Below, one piece after another: positions 1-11,827 of a DNA stretch of 64,000 nucleotides. Each line of letters starts with the position of its first letter. Within the stretch, counting starts at the first letter, position 1. The DNA lies in contig JBFHXP010000001.1 of assembly GCA_041598875.1 (NCBI GenBank), positions 26,179 to 90,178 of the forward strand, read 5' to 3'. This stretch comes from Desulfobulbales bacterium. Its GTDB lineage: Bacteria; Desulfobacterota; Desulfobulbia; Desulfobulbales; BM004. The notes beneath the pieces are model-generated. The model was not told the origin of the DNA. It worked only from the letters and a program-made list of their open reading frames with translations, and ran no database searches. A program made the position numbers and the translations under genes.

Positions 1-95
1 AACCAGACCTTTTTGTCCTGTTTGCCGCTGTCAAGCCTGCGCTTTTCCCGATCCGAGACCTTATGGGGAAACGGGTTTCTTTCTTTTTGTGCCAT
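1..95 (-). CDS. Small basic AtpI/AtpZ-like protein (candidate N-ATPase AtpQ), 5' fragment running off the window
   Basis: ATG at 95-93 lies 3 nt after the atpC stop. It translates as MAQKERNPFPHKVSDREKRRLDSGKQDKKVW, a basic N-terminus of the AtpI/AtpZ type. Its position right after atpD-atpC fits an N-ATPase operon. The fragment is too short for a firm call. Confidence 0.35.
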   Translation of the reverse strand, partial: MAQKERNPFPHKVSDREKRRLDSGKQDKKVW

Positions 96-98
96 GTC

Positions 99-1953
<1,855 letters not shown>

Positions 1954-2820
1954 CTATGAATACCCGGGACACTCCCCACTGAAAGCCCTTTTCAGCTTTT
2001 CGAAAAGATTTTTCTCAATCTGCCGTATCCTTTCGCTTGAAAGGTTGAAGGTATCACCAATCTCCTGAAGAGAGGTTGGTTCATTACTCAGGAGTCGCAG
2101 CTCAAGAATGGCCTGTTCCCTGCGGCAGAGCGTGTTCTTGATTTTGCTTATCACCCGGCGAACCCGTTCCTTTATCTCCTGGACAACCTGTTTTTCCGCC
2201 CCATTTGTCCCATTGTGTTCAAGCAGCTGGTGTTCATGGTAGGAAAGACTCATTTCAAAATCCTCGAAAACAACATCCTCGCCGTGCATTCTTTGCAGCA
2301 TGTCCGCGATTTCACTCTCCGAAACCCGCAACCGGTCGGCAAGCAGCCGGTCGCACAAGGGGCCCTGGGCGGCAAGGGCGGATTGTTCCCGGATCAGCCG
2401 CAGAAACAGGAGACGCTTAGATCGGGCAGTGCAGATTTTCACCAGTCGCCAGTTATTGAGGACATATTTCTGAATATACGCATGAATCCAATAAAAGGCA
2501 TAGGTGGAAAACTGTACATTACGCCCTGGATCAAATCTCTGCAAGGCAAGAATGAGCCCGATATTCCCCTCCTGGATCAGGTCGATGATATTCCCCTGCC
2601 AGTAGCCGTAGAAATCCTGGACGATCTTTACCACCAGCCGGAGGTGGGAAGAAATGAGCTGGTGACCGGCCTCCTGGTCCTTTTCCCGGTGATACTGGTG
2701 GGCAAGGGCAAGGCATCTCTCCCTGGAGAGAACCGGGGATTGCTCCAGCTCCTGGAGATAGCCGGGCGCAACCGGATGTGAGATATTTCTCAATAACCGC
2801 GCAGTCCGTGATCTGATCAT
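1954..2820 (-). CDS. Sigma-70 family sigma factor, RpoH (sigma32)-like
   Basis: Region 2 reads DLIQEGNIGLILALQRFDPGRNVQFSTYAFYWIHAYIQKYV. An RpoH-box-like segment reads SKRLLFLRLIRE. Region 4 HTH reads SLQEIGDTFNLSSERIRQIE. The gene ends 18 nt upstream of atpD. Confidence 0.8.
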   Translation of the reverse strand: MIRSRTARLLRNISHPVAPGYLQELEQSPVLSRERCLALAHQYHREKDQEAGHQLISSHLRLVVKIVQDFYGYWQGNIIDLIQEGNIGLILALQRFDPGRNVQFSTYAFYWIHAYIQKYVLNNWRLVKICTARSKRLLFLRLIREQSALAAQGPLCDRLLADRLRVSESEIADMLQRMHGEDVVFEDFEMSLSYHEHQLLEHNGTNGAEKQVVQEIKERVRRVISKIKNTLCRREQAILELRLLSNEPTSLQEIGDTFNLSSERIRQIEKNLFEKLKRAFSGECPGYS

Positions 2821-2915
2821 TGCTTTTTTTGTCCTGTTTTACTGAATCCAAAGGGATCTGAAAGCGGAAAGCCGGCCAGGCCAGCAACTCGCCTTATCAC
2901 CCATCCCGATTTAAT

Positions 2916-3773
2916 TTAGAGAACCCCCAGCCCCATGGCCAGGCCGATCGCTATGAGCATGATGGCGATAAAGGTATGGAGGAATTTCAGGGTTATTTTT
3001 TCAAGCAGCCGCGAGCCGACAAATGAGCCGATAAAGGCCGCCAGCGAGGCTGCAACTGCCATGCCGACGACTCCCCCCTCATAGAGTACGGGAAAATCCC
3101 TCTGGAGAAAGGTAAGACCGTAGGCGGTCATCCGGGAAATATCAACAACCACCGCGGAAATAACCATGGTTCCTACGAGGGCCTTCTTCTCCAGGCCGGC
3201 CCGGACAAGAAAGGTTGTCCGCAGGGCGCCCTGGTGGCCGGACAGACCACCGAGAAAACCGGAAAGAAACCCGCCCAGGGGGATAAATCTTGCCGGCATT
3301 GTCAGCTTTTTGATAAACGGCAGCAGCTCAAGGATCGCAAGGCCAATAATCAGCACGGAGATAACAAGCTTTACCGGGGTAACGGAACAGACCCTGCCAA
3401 AAAGCTGATACTCATAGAGCGGTGCGCCAGCGGAAAAGTACCCAAGGAGCAGGGCGCCGCCAAATGCCGCCAGGGCGCCGGGAATCGCAAAAAGCAGCAC
3501 CACTTTCAGATCGGCATGACGACCGACCAGCAGGACCTTGAGGAAATTATTGGCCAGGTGGACCACGGCCGTTGCCGCGATCGCGATCTCGACCGGAAAA
3601 AACAGGGCAAAAACAGGCATCAGGATGGTTCCCAGGCCAAACCCGGAAAAAAAGGTAAGCCCCGCGGTAACCACTGAGACCAGACAGATAATCAGATATT
3701 CCACTTGCCTCCCCCGGCATGAATCTCGACAGGACCCGCCTCCAGAAGGAAACAGACCTACTTGATAATCCAA
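2916..3773 (-). CDS. TSUP (TauE/SafE) family anion exporter-like membrane protein
   Basis: Polytopic hydrophobic protein with the TSUP-like motif GFGLGTILMPVF near the N-terminus and a repeated GFLGGLSG motif. The true start is probably GTG at 3704 (GGAGG upstream) rather than ATG at 3773. Confidence 0.75.
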   Translation of the reverse strand: MDYQVGLFPSGGGSCRDSCRGRQVEYLIICLVSVVTAGLTFFSGFGLGTILMPVFALFFPVEIAIAATAVVHLANNFLKVLLVGRHADLKVVLLFAIPGALAAFGGALLLGYFSAGAPLYEYQLFGRVCSVTPVKLVISVLIIGLAILELLPFIKKLTMPARFIPLGGFLSGFLGGLSGHQGALRTTFLVRAGLEKKALVGTMVISAVVVDISRMTAYGLTFLQRDFPVLYEGGVVGMAVAASLAAFIGSFVGSRLLEKITLKFLHTFIAIMLIAIGLAMGLGVL

Positions 3774-4408
3774 TCCCTGATGGTTTTTACATAGGACAGG
3801 GCGGCAACAACAATGATCCCGGCAAAAATATACTGAATCACGTGAAGATGTGTATCCAGGAAGTCAAAAAAAGCCGTCCAGAAGATGATTGCCGTTAATG
3901 TACCGAGAAGAACAGCGGTAAAATTAACCCGGTATCGGAACTTGAGCAGATATCCGATAATCGACCCCATCACCGGCCCGGTCACCGGAAGAGGGGCCAT
4001 GACAAAGAGAAAAAGGCCAATCCAGCCAAAGCGTTTAATGGTCTCTTGATGCCGGCGCGCCTTCCGTTCCAGCTTAAGCGCCATGAACTTAACAGTCCGC
4101 AGCTTCACATAGTTGTTAACGGACAGGACAAAGAGGGCATAGACGAGAAAGACGATCAGGACCTCGAGATAAAAATTATAGAGAATTGTCCAGACCTGAC
4201 CGAAATCATTCATCAGACACATGCCGACTCCGGCCGCCCGCCCCCCCAGGGCATGGGCGACAAAGGCCAGCACCAGGGTCCGTGCCATGGCAAAGTCAAC
4301 TATCCCGTAATATCCGATTACCCCGACCAGAAGAAGGGTCATGACCGCGCCCGCCCACAGAACTCTCCATGTTGAGGCATGATTTCCGTTATTTTTTGAT
4401 CTCATCAT
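3758..4408 (-). CDS. Integral membrane protein, possibly the COG2426 small multidrug-export-like family
   Basis: About 5-6 predicted TM helices and the segment APLPVTGPVMGSIIGYLL. The family assignment is from memory only. Confidence 0.45.
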   Translation of the reverse strand: MMRSKNNGNHASTWRVLWAGAVMTLLLVGVIGYYGIVDFAMARTLVLAFVAHALGGRAAGVGMCLMNDFGQVWTILYNFYLEVLIVFLVYALFVLSVNNYVKLRTVKFMALKLERKARRHQETIKRFGWIGLFLFVMAPLPVTGPVMGSIIGYLLKFRYRVNFTAVLLGTLTAIIFWTAFFDFLDTHLHVIQYIFAGIIVVAALSYVKTIRDWIIK

Positions 4409-4608
4409 AATGCTTCCGAAAAGGGGAATCAGACGCCATCATCGCAACTGCACTATCCACCATATAAAGATGTGATTATACCGTGGTACACCAAGAGCAG
4501 TATAGCCGTCCACCCGCATTATGGGGAGCATTTTTCAAAATTGTCTGTTTCCGTGCCGCACGCCCCGGAAAAAACCGCCCGCCGAACCATTACCTTCCGA
4601 TGCGCTCA

Positions 4609-6414
4609 CTAACCGAGATAGAGCAGGAGCAGCAGAAAAAAGAGGACAAAGACCCCGGAGCTGCCCACGGAAAAATAGGAGATGCGAAATTTTTCAATAA
4701 ATCTTTCCTCCAGGCCGCCGGGTCCTTTTATCCTTCCGTTGGAAAGCTCCCAGACCGGCTTGAGCACGGCAATACAGAGCCGGGCCGGCCCATCCTGAAA
4801 GTATCGGGAAAGCCCGCCGGTCCAGCCCTGGGCAACAGTCTTGTTGACCCAGGAGTTCAATCCGTTCAGCCAGGAGTCCAGGTTCATGTAAATCAGGGAC
4901 CCGCCGCGGCGGTAGAACCAGTCGAAATCAAGGGCAATGGTATCGGTCCGTTTCAACATCGGCAGAAAGAGAAAAAAGACCAGACCGGAAAATATCAGCA
5001 ATTGGGTCTGGGTAACCACATGGGAGAAATGATGGATATAAATCTCGTAAAAGGTATAGGGCATGGCCGCCTTGACGATTTCCGTATCCGGCAGGATGTT
5101 ATAGAGCCTTTCCGGAAACATGCCCAGGTAGATGCAGAAGAAGGAGAGAAAGGCCATGGCGGCCAGCATTGATTTGGGCGCTTCCGGCGGGCGCAGGCCT
5201 TTATCTTTGGCAAAAAACACAAAGTAGGGGAATTTTATTCCCGCATGGAGGAAAACACCGGCAGAGGCTATTTCCAGAATCAGCCAGGCCCAGAACATAT
5301 GGTTTCCAGCAGCTTCGGCAATAATTATTGTCTTACTGGTAAATCCGGAGGTCAGGGGAACCGAAGATATTGCCAGGGCGCCGACACAGCCGAAAATAAG
5401 TGTCCAGGGCATGGTATTGTAGAGTCCGCCAAGATCGGTGCATTTACTTTTCCCTGTCCGATAGAGTACGGCCCCGGCACTCATCCACAAAAGCGCCTTA
5501 TAGATTATGTGGCAGAAGGCATGGGCCACGGCGCCGTTCAAGGCCAGGGGGGTGCCAATTCCCACGGCACAGACCATGAAGCCGACCTGGTTGATAATCG
5601 AGTAGGCCAGGATCCGCCGCATATCATTTTCCAGCAGGGCATAGATAATTCCGTAAATTGTCATGGCGCAGCCAATGACGATGAGAATCTCCCAGCCCGG
5701 AAACCCGCGGATCAGGGTATAAACAGCTGTTTTTGAGGTATAGGCGCTCAGGATCACGCCGCCCATGACTGTGGATTCCGGGTACGCGTCCGGCAGCCAC
5801 GACGAAAAAGGCACGGCCGCGGCGTTCACCAGAAAACCAATCAGTATGAGCCAGGTGCCAGTGTTGGCCATGGCTGGGTCAAAGGAGTTGAAAGAAATGG
5901 AACCGGTCTGGTGAATGGTGATGATTATACCGGCAAGCAACACCAGCCCCCCGAATATATGGACCAGCACATAGCGGAAGGCGGCCTGATAGGCCTTTTT
6001 CGTTTTGCGCCCCAGGACAAGATAGACCGAGGTGACGGCCATGACCTCCCAGAAAATATACAGGGTGATGATATCACCGGCAAAGACCACCATCAGTGAT
6101 GCGCCGATATAGAGCAGGGCGGAAACGAACTGGGTTGAATTCCTTTCGTAGTACCCGTAGAGAAAGGCGGCAAATGCGCTCAGGGTAAAGATATAGCCAA
6201 AGGCCTTGCTCCACTTGTCGACCCGCAGAAGGTCGAGCTCAAAATCAATGAGCTGCACCGTCATGGTGACCGATTCCGAAAGCTGACTTATCTGCCAGAA
6301 GGCCAGGGCAGGCAGCAAGATAACAAACCAGTTCCTCGCGCGACCGGGCAGAAGTGGCACCACCAGCGCGCCGAGTATGAGTATAAGTCCGGGCGGAAGA
6401 TTAAACATCGTCAT
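4609..6414 (-). CDS. MrpA/MrpD/NuoL-like proton-conducting antiporter subunit with a C-terminal extension
   Basis: 601 aa with a PF00361-type core (WLPDAYPE.., HAFCHIIYKALLWM). It has ~120 extra C-terminal residues ending in a single TM (VFVLFFLLLLLYLG), reminiscent of the NuoL/MrpA lateral helix plus anchor. Confidence 0.85.
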   Translation of the reverse strand: MTMFNLPPGLILILGALVVPLLPGRARNWFVILLPALAFWQISQLSESVTMTVQLIDFELDLLRVDKWSKAFGYIFTLSAFAAFLYGYYERNSTQFVSALLYIGASLMVVFAGDIITLYIFWEVMAVTSVYLVLGRKTKKAYQAAFRYVLVHIFGGLVLLAGIIITIHQTGSISFNSFDPAMANTGTWLILIGFLVNAAAVPFSSWLPDAYPESTVMGGVILSAYTSKTAVYTLIRGFPGWEILIVIGCAMTIYGIIYALLENDMRRILAYSIINQVGFMVCAVGIGTPLALNGAVAHAFCHIIYKALLWMSAGAVLYRTGKSKCTDLGGLYNTMPWTLIFGCVGALAISSVPLTSGFTSKTIIIAEAAGNHMFWAWLILEIASAGVFLHAGIKFPYFVFFAKDKGLRPPEAPKSMLAAMAFLSFFCIYLGMFPERLYNILPDTEIVKAAMPYTFYEIYIHHFSHVVTQTQLLIFSGLVFFLFLPMLKRTDTIALDFDWFYRRGGSLIYMNLDSWLNGLNSWVNKTVAQGWTGGLSRYFQDGPARLCIAVLKPVWELSNGRIKGPGGLEERFIEKFRISYFSVGSSGVFVLFFLLLLLYLG

Positions 6415-6667
6415 CCTCGTAATAAGTCACATCTTTTTTCAGAAAAAACCCTAACCCCTTGGCCACGAGAATGCAGATCGCGCAGGCCAGAAATCCCAGC
6501 ACCGCATAGAAGCCAAAAAAATCTTCCTGGGGAAAATGATTTTTCCGGTGGATAAACGGCTCCAGCGCCAGAGAGAGGGCACAGACCCCCCATAAAATCC
6601 ACCAGAGTACTTTTCTCGTCTGCGGGCGGTCAAAAACCCCCCCATCTATTTCCGGTTCCGGCATCAC
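6401..6667 (-). CDS. Small 2-TM membrane protein embedded in the Mrp-like cluster
   Basis: 88 aa with two hydrophobic helices and an acidic tail (YYEDDDV). It overlaps the next gene by 14 nt. No family recognised. Confidence 0.5.
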   Translation of the reverse strand: MMPEPEIDGGVFDRPQTRKVLWWILWGVCALSLALEPFIHRKNHFPQEDFFGFYAVLGFLACAICILVAKGLGFFLKKDVTYYEDDDV

Positions 6668-6674
6668 TGGTCCC

Positions 6675-8147
6675 CTATTGAAACATTACATTGGCAAATC
6701 CCAGAAACAACCAAGGGAAAAAGAACAGAACAACGGACATGGCCGCGGTAATCACAGGAGGCAGCCAGCAGAAAATCGGCGCCTCGGCAACCTTGTTTTC
6801 AAACTTCGACTCCTCTTCCGTGCAGAAGAAGGCCTTATAGACAATGGGCAGGAAATAGGCGGCATTCAGGAAAGAACTGACCAGATAAATGACCAGGACC
6901 CAGATCATGTCCGCCTCCATGGCCCCGCGAACCATGAGCAGTTTGCTGATAAGCCCGCCGGCCGGCGGCAGGCCGATAACGCTCAGGGAGCCGACAAAAA
7001 AGGCGATCATGGTGATCGGCATCCGCTTGCCGATGCCGACCATTTCGCTGATGTATTTCTTGCCGGTGGCAACGAAAATTGCGCCAGCGCAGAAGAACAG
7101 GGTGATCTTGCCAAAGGCATGCATTGCGATATGGAGCATGCTGCCGGTGACGCCTAGTTTTGTGGCCAGGCCTGCCCCGAGAATAATATAGGAGAGCTGG
7201 CCGATTGTAGAGAATGCCAGCCGCCGCTTGAGATTGTCCTGGCTCAAGGCAATAAGCGAAGAGACGATTACCGTAAAGCCGGCAATCAGACAGATAAGGG
7301 TGTTGAGGTTGGTCGCGTCCAGAAGATTGATCCCGAAGATGCCGGTTATTACGCGAAGAATGCTGAAGACTCCGACCTTGACCACCGCCACCGCATGAAG
7401 CAGGGCGCTGACCGGGGTCGGGGCCACCATCGCCCCTGGCAGCCAGGAGTGAAAGGGCATCATCCCGGCCTTGGAAAAACCGAACATGAACATCAGCAGC
7501 ACAACGGTAAGAATCGGCTTGGCGGTGTCGGCGGGAAAGATCCCCATGCTGTTAAAATCAAGGGTCCCGGTAAGGGAATAGGTGATCAGCATCGCCGGCA
7601 GGGCCAGGCCAATGGAGGTTGAAAGAAGATAGGTCAGATACTTGCGGCCACCGCCCCGGGCCTCTTCATCCTGGTGGTGGGTGACCAGTGGATAGGTGGA
7701 AAGAGAGAGGATCTCGTAAAAGATATACAGGGTGAAAAGGTTGCCGGAAAAGGCCACTCCCAGGGTTGCGGAAAGGGCCACCGCAAAGCACATGAAATAC
7801 CGGGTCTGGGCATGCTCATCGAGGCCGCGCATGTACCCGATGGAGTATATCGAGGTGACGATCCACAGGGATGAGGCGACCAGGGCAAAGAGCATGCCGA
7901 AACCGTCAACCGTCAGGGTGACCGAGAGTCCCGGCAGGATCCGGCAGATATCGTAGGTATGTGTATTCCCCGCGAGAACCCACTGGGCCATTGAGAGAAC
8001 CAGCCCGAGCTTTATCACCGCGGCGATAAAGGTCCAGCTCTCCCGCAGATTGGGTCGCCTGTCACTCAGGTAGATAAGCGGCACCGCCGCAAGAGAGACG
8101 AGAACCGCCAGGGCTGGGGTAGATGGGATAAAGGGAATCTGATCCAT
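6675..8147 (-). CDS. MrpD/NuoN-like antiporter subunit
   Basis: 490-aa polytopic protein with motifs FHSWLPGAMVAPTPVSALLHA and SQLSYIILG, typical of the NuoL/M/N-MrpD family. Confidence 0.9.
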   Translation of the reverse strand: MDQIPFIPSTPALAVLVSLAAVPLIYLSDRRPNLRESWTFIAAVIKLGLVLSMAQWVLAGNTHTYDICRILPGLSVTLTVDGFGMLFALVASSLWIVTSIYSIGYMRGLDEHAQTRYFMCFAVALSATLGVAFSGNLFTLYIFYEILSLSTYPLVTHHQDEEARGGGRKYLTYLLSTSIGLALPAMLITYSLTGTLDFNSMGIFPADTAKPILTVVLLMFMFGFSKAGMMPFHSWLPGAMVAPTPVSALLHAVAVVKVGVFSILRVITGIFGINLLDATNLNTLICLIAGFTVIVSSLIALSQDNLKRRLAFSTIGQLSYIILGAGLATKLGVTGSMLHIAMHAFGKITLFFCAGAIFVATGKKYISEMVGIGKRMPITMIAFFVGSLSVIGLPPAGGLISKLLMVRGAMEADMIWVLVIYLVSSFLNAAYFLPIVYKAFFCTEEESKFENKVAEAPIFCWLPPVITAAMSVVLFFFPWLFLGFANVMFQ

Positions 8148-8179
8148 AATCTATATTCTAAAGGGAAGGTTAAGGAGCT

Positions 8180-9670
8180 TTATAATCCTGATGGAATTGC
8201 CCACTGTACGATATGGGTGACAATTTCATTGGTATAGAGACCGATAACAACAAGGGTGGCGGCGGTCACAACCATCGGGACAATCATGGTTGCCGGCGCC
8301 TCATCTCTGGGCGGCAGGGCATGATCACCGTGGGCCTCAAAGGTGCCGAAATAGGCAATCTCGATAAGCCGGAAAAAGATGACGGCATTTATCAGACTTG
8401 AAAAGAGCAGGGCCACCACGTAAACCCACTGCCCGGCCTCAATTCCGCCCTGGATAAGATACCATTTACTGAAAAACCCGCAGGTCGGCGGAATACCGAT
8501 AATTGAAAACGCGCCCAGGATGAATACCGCCGAGGTTATCGGCATCCTGCGGAAGACGCCCTCCATGGCGGCAAAAGATGATGTGCCGGTTTTATAGATC
8601 ATGGCGCCCACGGCCATGAACAGACAGAGGGTCATCACCGCGTCACTCAGGATGTGGTAGATGGTGCCGGTAAGGCCGTTGGCATTAGCCAACCATGCCC
8701 CGCCGACCATATACCCAACCTCGGCTACGATAATATAGGTGAGCATCTTTTTCAGATCCCGCTGGGCCAGGGCGGAAATCGAACCAGCGACAATGGCCAG
8801 ACTGGCAAACCAGACAACCAGCTCGTGCCACGGTATGGTCTTAAAAACGTAGTCCACGGAAAATACCGAGAACATCATCCGGACCATGACATAGACGCTG
8901 ACCTTGGTCATAAGAGGGGCAACCAGGCAACTGGTGGTGGTGGAGGCCTGGCTGTAAGCATTGGGCAGCCAGCCGTGCATGGGGAAGAGACCCATTTTGA
9001 TCCAGAAACCCAGAATAATCAGGATAAAGCCGATGCGGATGGTGGCCGATTCATGCATTTCCGCCCGGGAAAGAATGGCAAAGAGATCCGCCATGTTCAG
9101 GGTTCCGGTCTTGATGTAGAGATAGCCGACCCCCAGGAGATATAAGCAGGCGCCGATGGTGCCCAGGATGATGTATTTGAAGGTGGCGTAATAGGCAAGG
9201 CCGCGGCCGCGTGCCAGCAGGGCATAGCTGGACAGGGCGGATATCTCCAGCAGAACATAAAGGTTAAAGGCATCCCCGGTGGCGACCATCCCAAGCAGGC
9301 CGGAGACAAGCAGGCAGTACAGGGTATAATAATGATGAATCCGGTCCGGGATCTCCTGGCGAACCGTCTCTTTTGAGTAGACAGCGGTGAGCAGGGCACA
9401 CCCTGAGACCATGCAGAGCACCAGGGCGCCGAGGTGGTCGACAACCAGCTCGATGCCAAAGGGCGGGGGCCAGTTGCCAAGCCGGTAGCGGATCGATTCA
9501 GTGGTCAGCATGACCTGAACAAGGGTATTCACCGCCGCGAAGAAAGACCCGGCCATTGCCAGCACCAGCAGAACAAAGGCAAGGGTGTCGCGGCGGCCGG
9601 CAAAAAGGCTGATCGCAAAGGCCGCCAGCAAGGGAAAGAGCAGGACAAGAATGGGATAATGTTCAGCCAT
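8180..9670 (-). CDS. MrpD/NuoM-like antiporter subunit
   Basis: 496-aa polytopic protein with motifs MHGWLPNAY and VAEVGYMVGG, in the NuoL/M/N-MrpD family. Confidence 0.9.
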   Translation of the reverse strand: MAEHYPILVLLFPLLAAFAISLFAGRRDTLAFVLLVLAMAGSFFAAVNTLVQVMLTTESIRYRLGNWPPPFGIELVVDHLGALVLCMVSGCALLTAVYSKETVRQEIPDRIHHYYTLYCLLVSGLLGMVATGDAFNLYVLLEISALSSYALLARGRGLAYYATFKYIILGTIGACLYLLGVGYLYIKTGTLNMADLFAILSRAEMHESATIRIGFILIILGFWIKMGLFPMHGWLPNAYSQASTTTSCLVAPLMTKVSVYVMVRMMFSVFSVDYVFKTIPWHELVVWFASLAIVAGSISALAQRDLKKMLTYIIVAEVGYMVGGAWLANANGLTGTIYHILSDAVMTLCLFMAVGAMIYKTGTSSFAAMEGVFRRMPITSAVFILGAFSIIGIPPTCGFFSKWYLIQGGIEAGQWVYVVALLFSSLINAVIFFRLIEIAYFGTFEAHGDHALPPRDEAPATMIVPMVVTAATLVVIGLYTNEIVTHIVQWAIPSGL

Positions 9671-10065
9671 TATTTTTCAATGGTCTCCAGGAGTTCATCT
9701 TCTTCAATGGTGCCATGCACCCGATAGATCTTCTGTAAAACTGCAAGGGCCACACCCAGGGTGGAAACACCGACCACAATGGCGGTCAGCATAAGCACAT
9801 GGGGTAACGGATTGGCATAGAGGGTCGGATCAATAGCCTGATGGGCCACATCGCCATGGCCATGGATGAGAATCGGGATGGAGGCCCCCTTCTTGTGACC
9901 GATGGAGACATAGAAGAGGATGATCGCCGACTGAAAAATCGACATGCCTATCACCTTCTTGAGCAGATTGTTCTTGGCAATCATCCCATAGAGGCCGATG
10001 AGCAAGAGAATCAGGGCAGCCCAGTAGTTATATTTGGCAACGACATCGTGCAATAGATCCTGCAT
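9670..10065 (-). CDS. MrpC/MnhC (NuoK-like) subunit
   Basis: 131 aa with 3 TM helices. The N-terminal segment reads YNYWAALILLLIGLYGMIAKNNLLKKVIGMSIFQSAIILFYV. The stop/start overlaps the next gene. Confidence 0.85.
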   Translation of the reverse strand: MQDLLHDVVAKYNYWAALILLLIGLYGMIAKNNLLKKVIGMSIFQSAIILFYVSIGHKKGASIPILIHGHGDVAHQAIDPTLYANPLPHVLMLTAIVVGVSTLGVALAVLQKIYRVHGTIEEDELLETIEK

Positions 10066-10073
10066 AACGTTCC

Positions 10074-10823
10074 CTAAAGCCCCTCGTCCAGATCCCCGCC
10101 CGAGGCGAGATCAACATAAAGTGAAAACATGATCGCCATAACGGTGATGGCAACGCCGACCTCAACCCCCAGCATGCCATGGGAGTGGGCCTCCAACTCG
10201 GTAATTCCCAGGAGGGTGCTCCAGGAGGCATAGGCAAGAAAGTTACCGCCCAGCAGAAGGCAAACGGCGCCGATGCCCACATAGATGAGCACACCGATAC
10301 CGCTTAAGCGCAGTACGGTTTTTTCCTTGAGGCGTTTAAGCACCATCTTGAGATCATAAGATATGGCCATGAGGATGAAACTGGCCCCTAAAATGACCCC
10401 GCCCTGAAAACCGCCGCCCGGACTGTGATGGCCGTGGGCAACCACATAGAGGGCAAAAATCTGCATCACCGGCACCAGAATACGGGACGCTGCCTGCAGA
10501 ATAATATCCGCATCCTTCCGGCTGGGCCGGGGCCTGGCAATTTTTTCCTTTTTGCGGTGGGTCCGGCGCAACACGGTGAGCACGGTAATGCCGGCGCAGA
10601 AAATAACAATGGTTTCAAACATGGTGTCATACCCGCGATAATCGGCCAGCACCGCAGTAACCATGTTGGGAACAGAGGTCTCCTCCATTGTTTTTTCAAT
10701 AAAATGAGGCGAGAGGTAGACGCTGGCCGGCGAATGGGGATCTCCCCAGTCAGGGAAATCACCCGCAGCCACGAGCAGCAGCACACCGATGGCGCATATT
10801 ATGAGAAAGGCGATTTGTTTCAA
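10074..10823 (-). CDS. MrpB/MnhB-domain subunit (MbhE/F-like fusion)
   Basis: Contains VTAVLADYRGYDTMFETIVIF and HGHHSPGGGFQGGVILGA, both hallmark MnhB-domain motifs. Confidence 0.85.
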   Translation of the reverse strand: MKQIAFLIICAIGVLLLVAAGDFPDWGDPHSPASVYLSPHFIEKTMEETSVPNMVTAVLADYRGYDTMFETIVIFCAGITVLTVLRRTHRKKEKIARPRPSRKDADIILQAASRILVPVMQIFALYVVAHGHHSPGGGFQGGVILGASFILMAISYDLKMVLKRLKEKTVLRLSGIGVLIYVGIGAVCLLLGGNFLAYASWSTLLGITELEAHSHGMLGVEVGVAITVMAIMFSLYVDLASGGDLDEGL

Positions 10824-10859
10824 AATGTTACCCTATCAAATGTGATCAATTCCAGTCCA

Positions 10860-11123
10860 TCAGTCCCGGGATCTCCGTTTTATGTGCAGGGCCGTGCCCA
10901 CCAGGAGCACGGTGCTCACTCCGGCGCCAACCGCGGCCTCGGTAAAGGCGACATCCACGGCCAGCATTTCAGTCCACATCAGACACATGAGAAAGCTGTA
11001 CGCCCCGCCGACAACCGCGCAGCTTACCAGGTCCCTGATGGTCAATGCCGCCACGGCGCAGAGAATGACCATAGCGAGAATCAACACATCGAATTGCCAT
11101 AACAGGCTGGTGTCCCAACTCAT
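10860..11123 (-). CDS. DUF4040 / MbhD-like subunit (equivalent of the MrpA C-terminal domain)
   Basis: 87 aa with 3 TM helices and the motif VDVAFTEAAVGAGVSTVLL. It sits between the mrpG and mrpB homologs, as in Mbh/Mbx membrane arms. Confidence 0.7.
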   Translation of the reverse strand: MSWDTSLLWQFDVLILAMVILCAVAALTIRDLVSCAVVGGAYSFLMCLMWTEMLAVDVAFTEAAVGAGVSTVLLVGTALHIKRRSRD

Positions 11124-11132
11124 TTTTTTCCC

Positions 11133-11504
11133 CTAGACTTGTTTTTCTTCCTTCCGGCGCTCTATGTCGAAACAGGCGTCACATTCTTGTTTGCGTTTTG
11201 TCCAGCATTTGACCTGGGCCTCAAAGCCGGCATCCATGATCGCGTGGGTGGCTGTGGGGCTGGCGATAAAAATAAAAACAATGATAAAGAGAATCTTGAT
11301 CGCAACAAGGCTCGTGCCAACCGTGAAATGGTTCAGGTGATAGAGGGCCAGCCCAGCGAGAAGCAGCACCGAAGAAAGGGTGTCGCCCTTGCCCGCGGCG
11401 TGCATGCGGGAGTAAAAGTCCGGAAAGCGGATGAGGCCGACCGAAGTGCCAAGGTAAAAAAAGAGGCCGAGACTTACGAGAAAGATGACTGCGATGTTAA
11501 GCAT
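11133..11504 (-). CDS. MrpG/MnhG subunit
   Basis: GLIRFPDFYSRMHAAGKGDTL is the signature MnhG motif. Confidence 0.85.
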   Translation of the reverse strand: MLNIAVIFLVSLGLFFYLGTSVGLIRFPDFYSRMHAAGKGDTLSSVLLLAGLALYHLNHFTVGTSLVAIKILFIIVFIFIASPTATHAIMDAGFEAQVKCWTKRKQECDACFDIERRKEEKQV

Positions 11505-11827
11505 TACTGTGCCGCCTCCGGTTGATTTTCCGTATCCACTTGTTTGCGGCGCTGGAAAAAGCGGGCCGCGGCCAACGAGGCGATGAAGTTCAGGAGGGCA
11601 TAGGCAATGGCGATATCGACAAACATGTCCACCTGATGATACAGGGTGCCGATGATAATGATCATGACCGTGGTCTTGGTGCCGATGACATTGACCCCCA
11701 GGACGCGGTCAATAACCGTGGGCCCATAGATCGCCCGGTATAGGGGCATGAACATGAAAAGCAGAAGAAGTACTCCGGCCAGGATAAAAAAGAAATCCAT
11801 GAAATCGCCAGACGCCGTTGCTTGCAT
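11504..11827 (-). CDS. MrpF/MnhF subunit
   Basis: The YRAIYGPTVIDRVLGVNVIGTKT motif, 3 TM helices, and overlapping start/stop codons with both neighbours. Confidence 0.85.
   Translation of the reverse strand: MQATASGDFMDFFFILAGVLLLLFMFMPLYRAIYGPTVIDRVLGVNVIGTKTTVMIIIIGTLYHQVDMFVDIAIAYALLNFIASLAAARFFQRRKQVDTENQPEAAQ

Noticed and set aside
4471-4505. Sigma70-type promoter for the 3758..4408 gene (TATAAT on the minus strand at 4475-4480)
   Set aside because: The -10 hexamer is perfect, but I could not find a convincing -35 element at 16-18 nt spacing. I therefore did not list it as a feature. It remains a possible internal promoter after the Mrp block.
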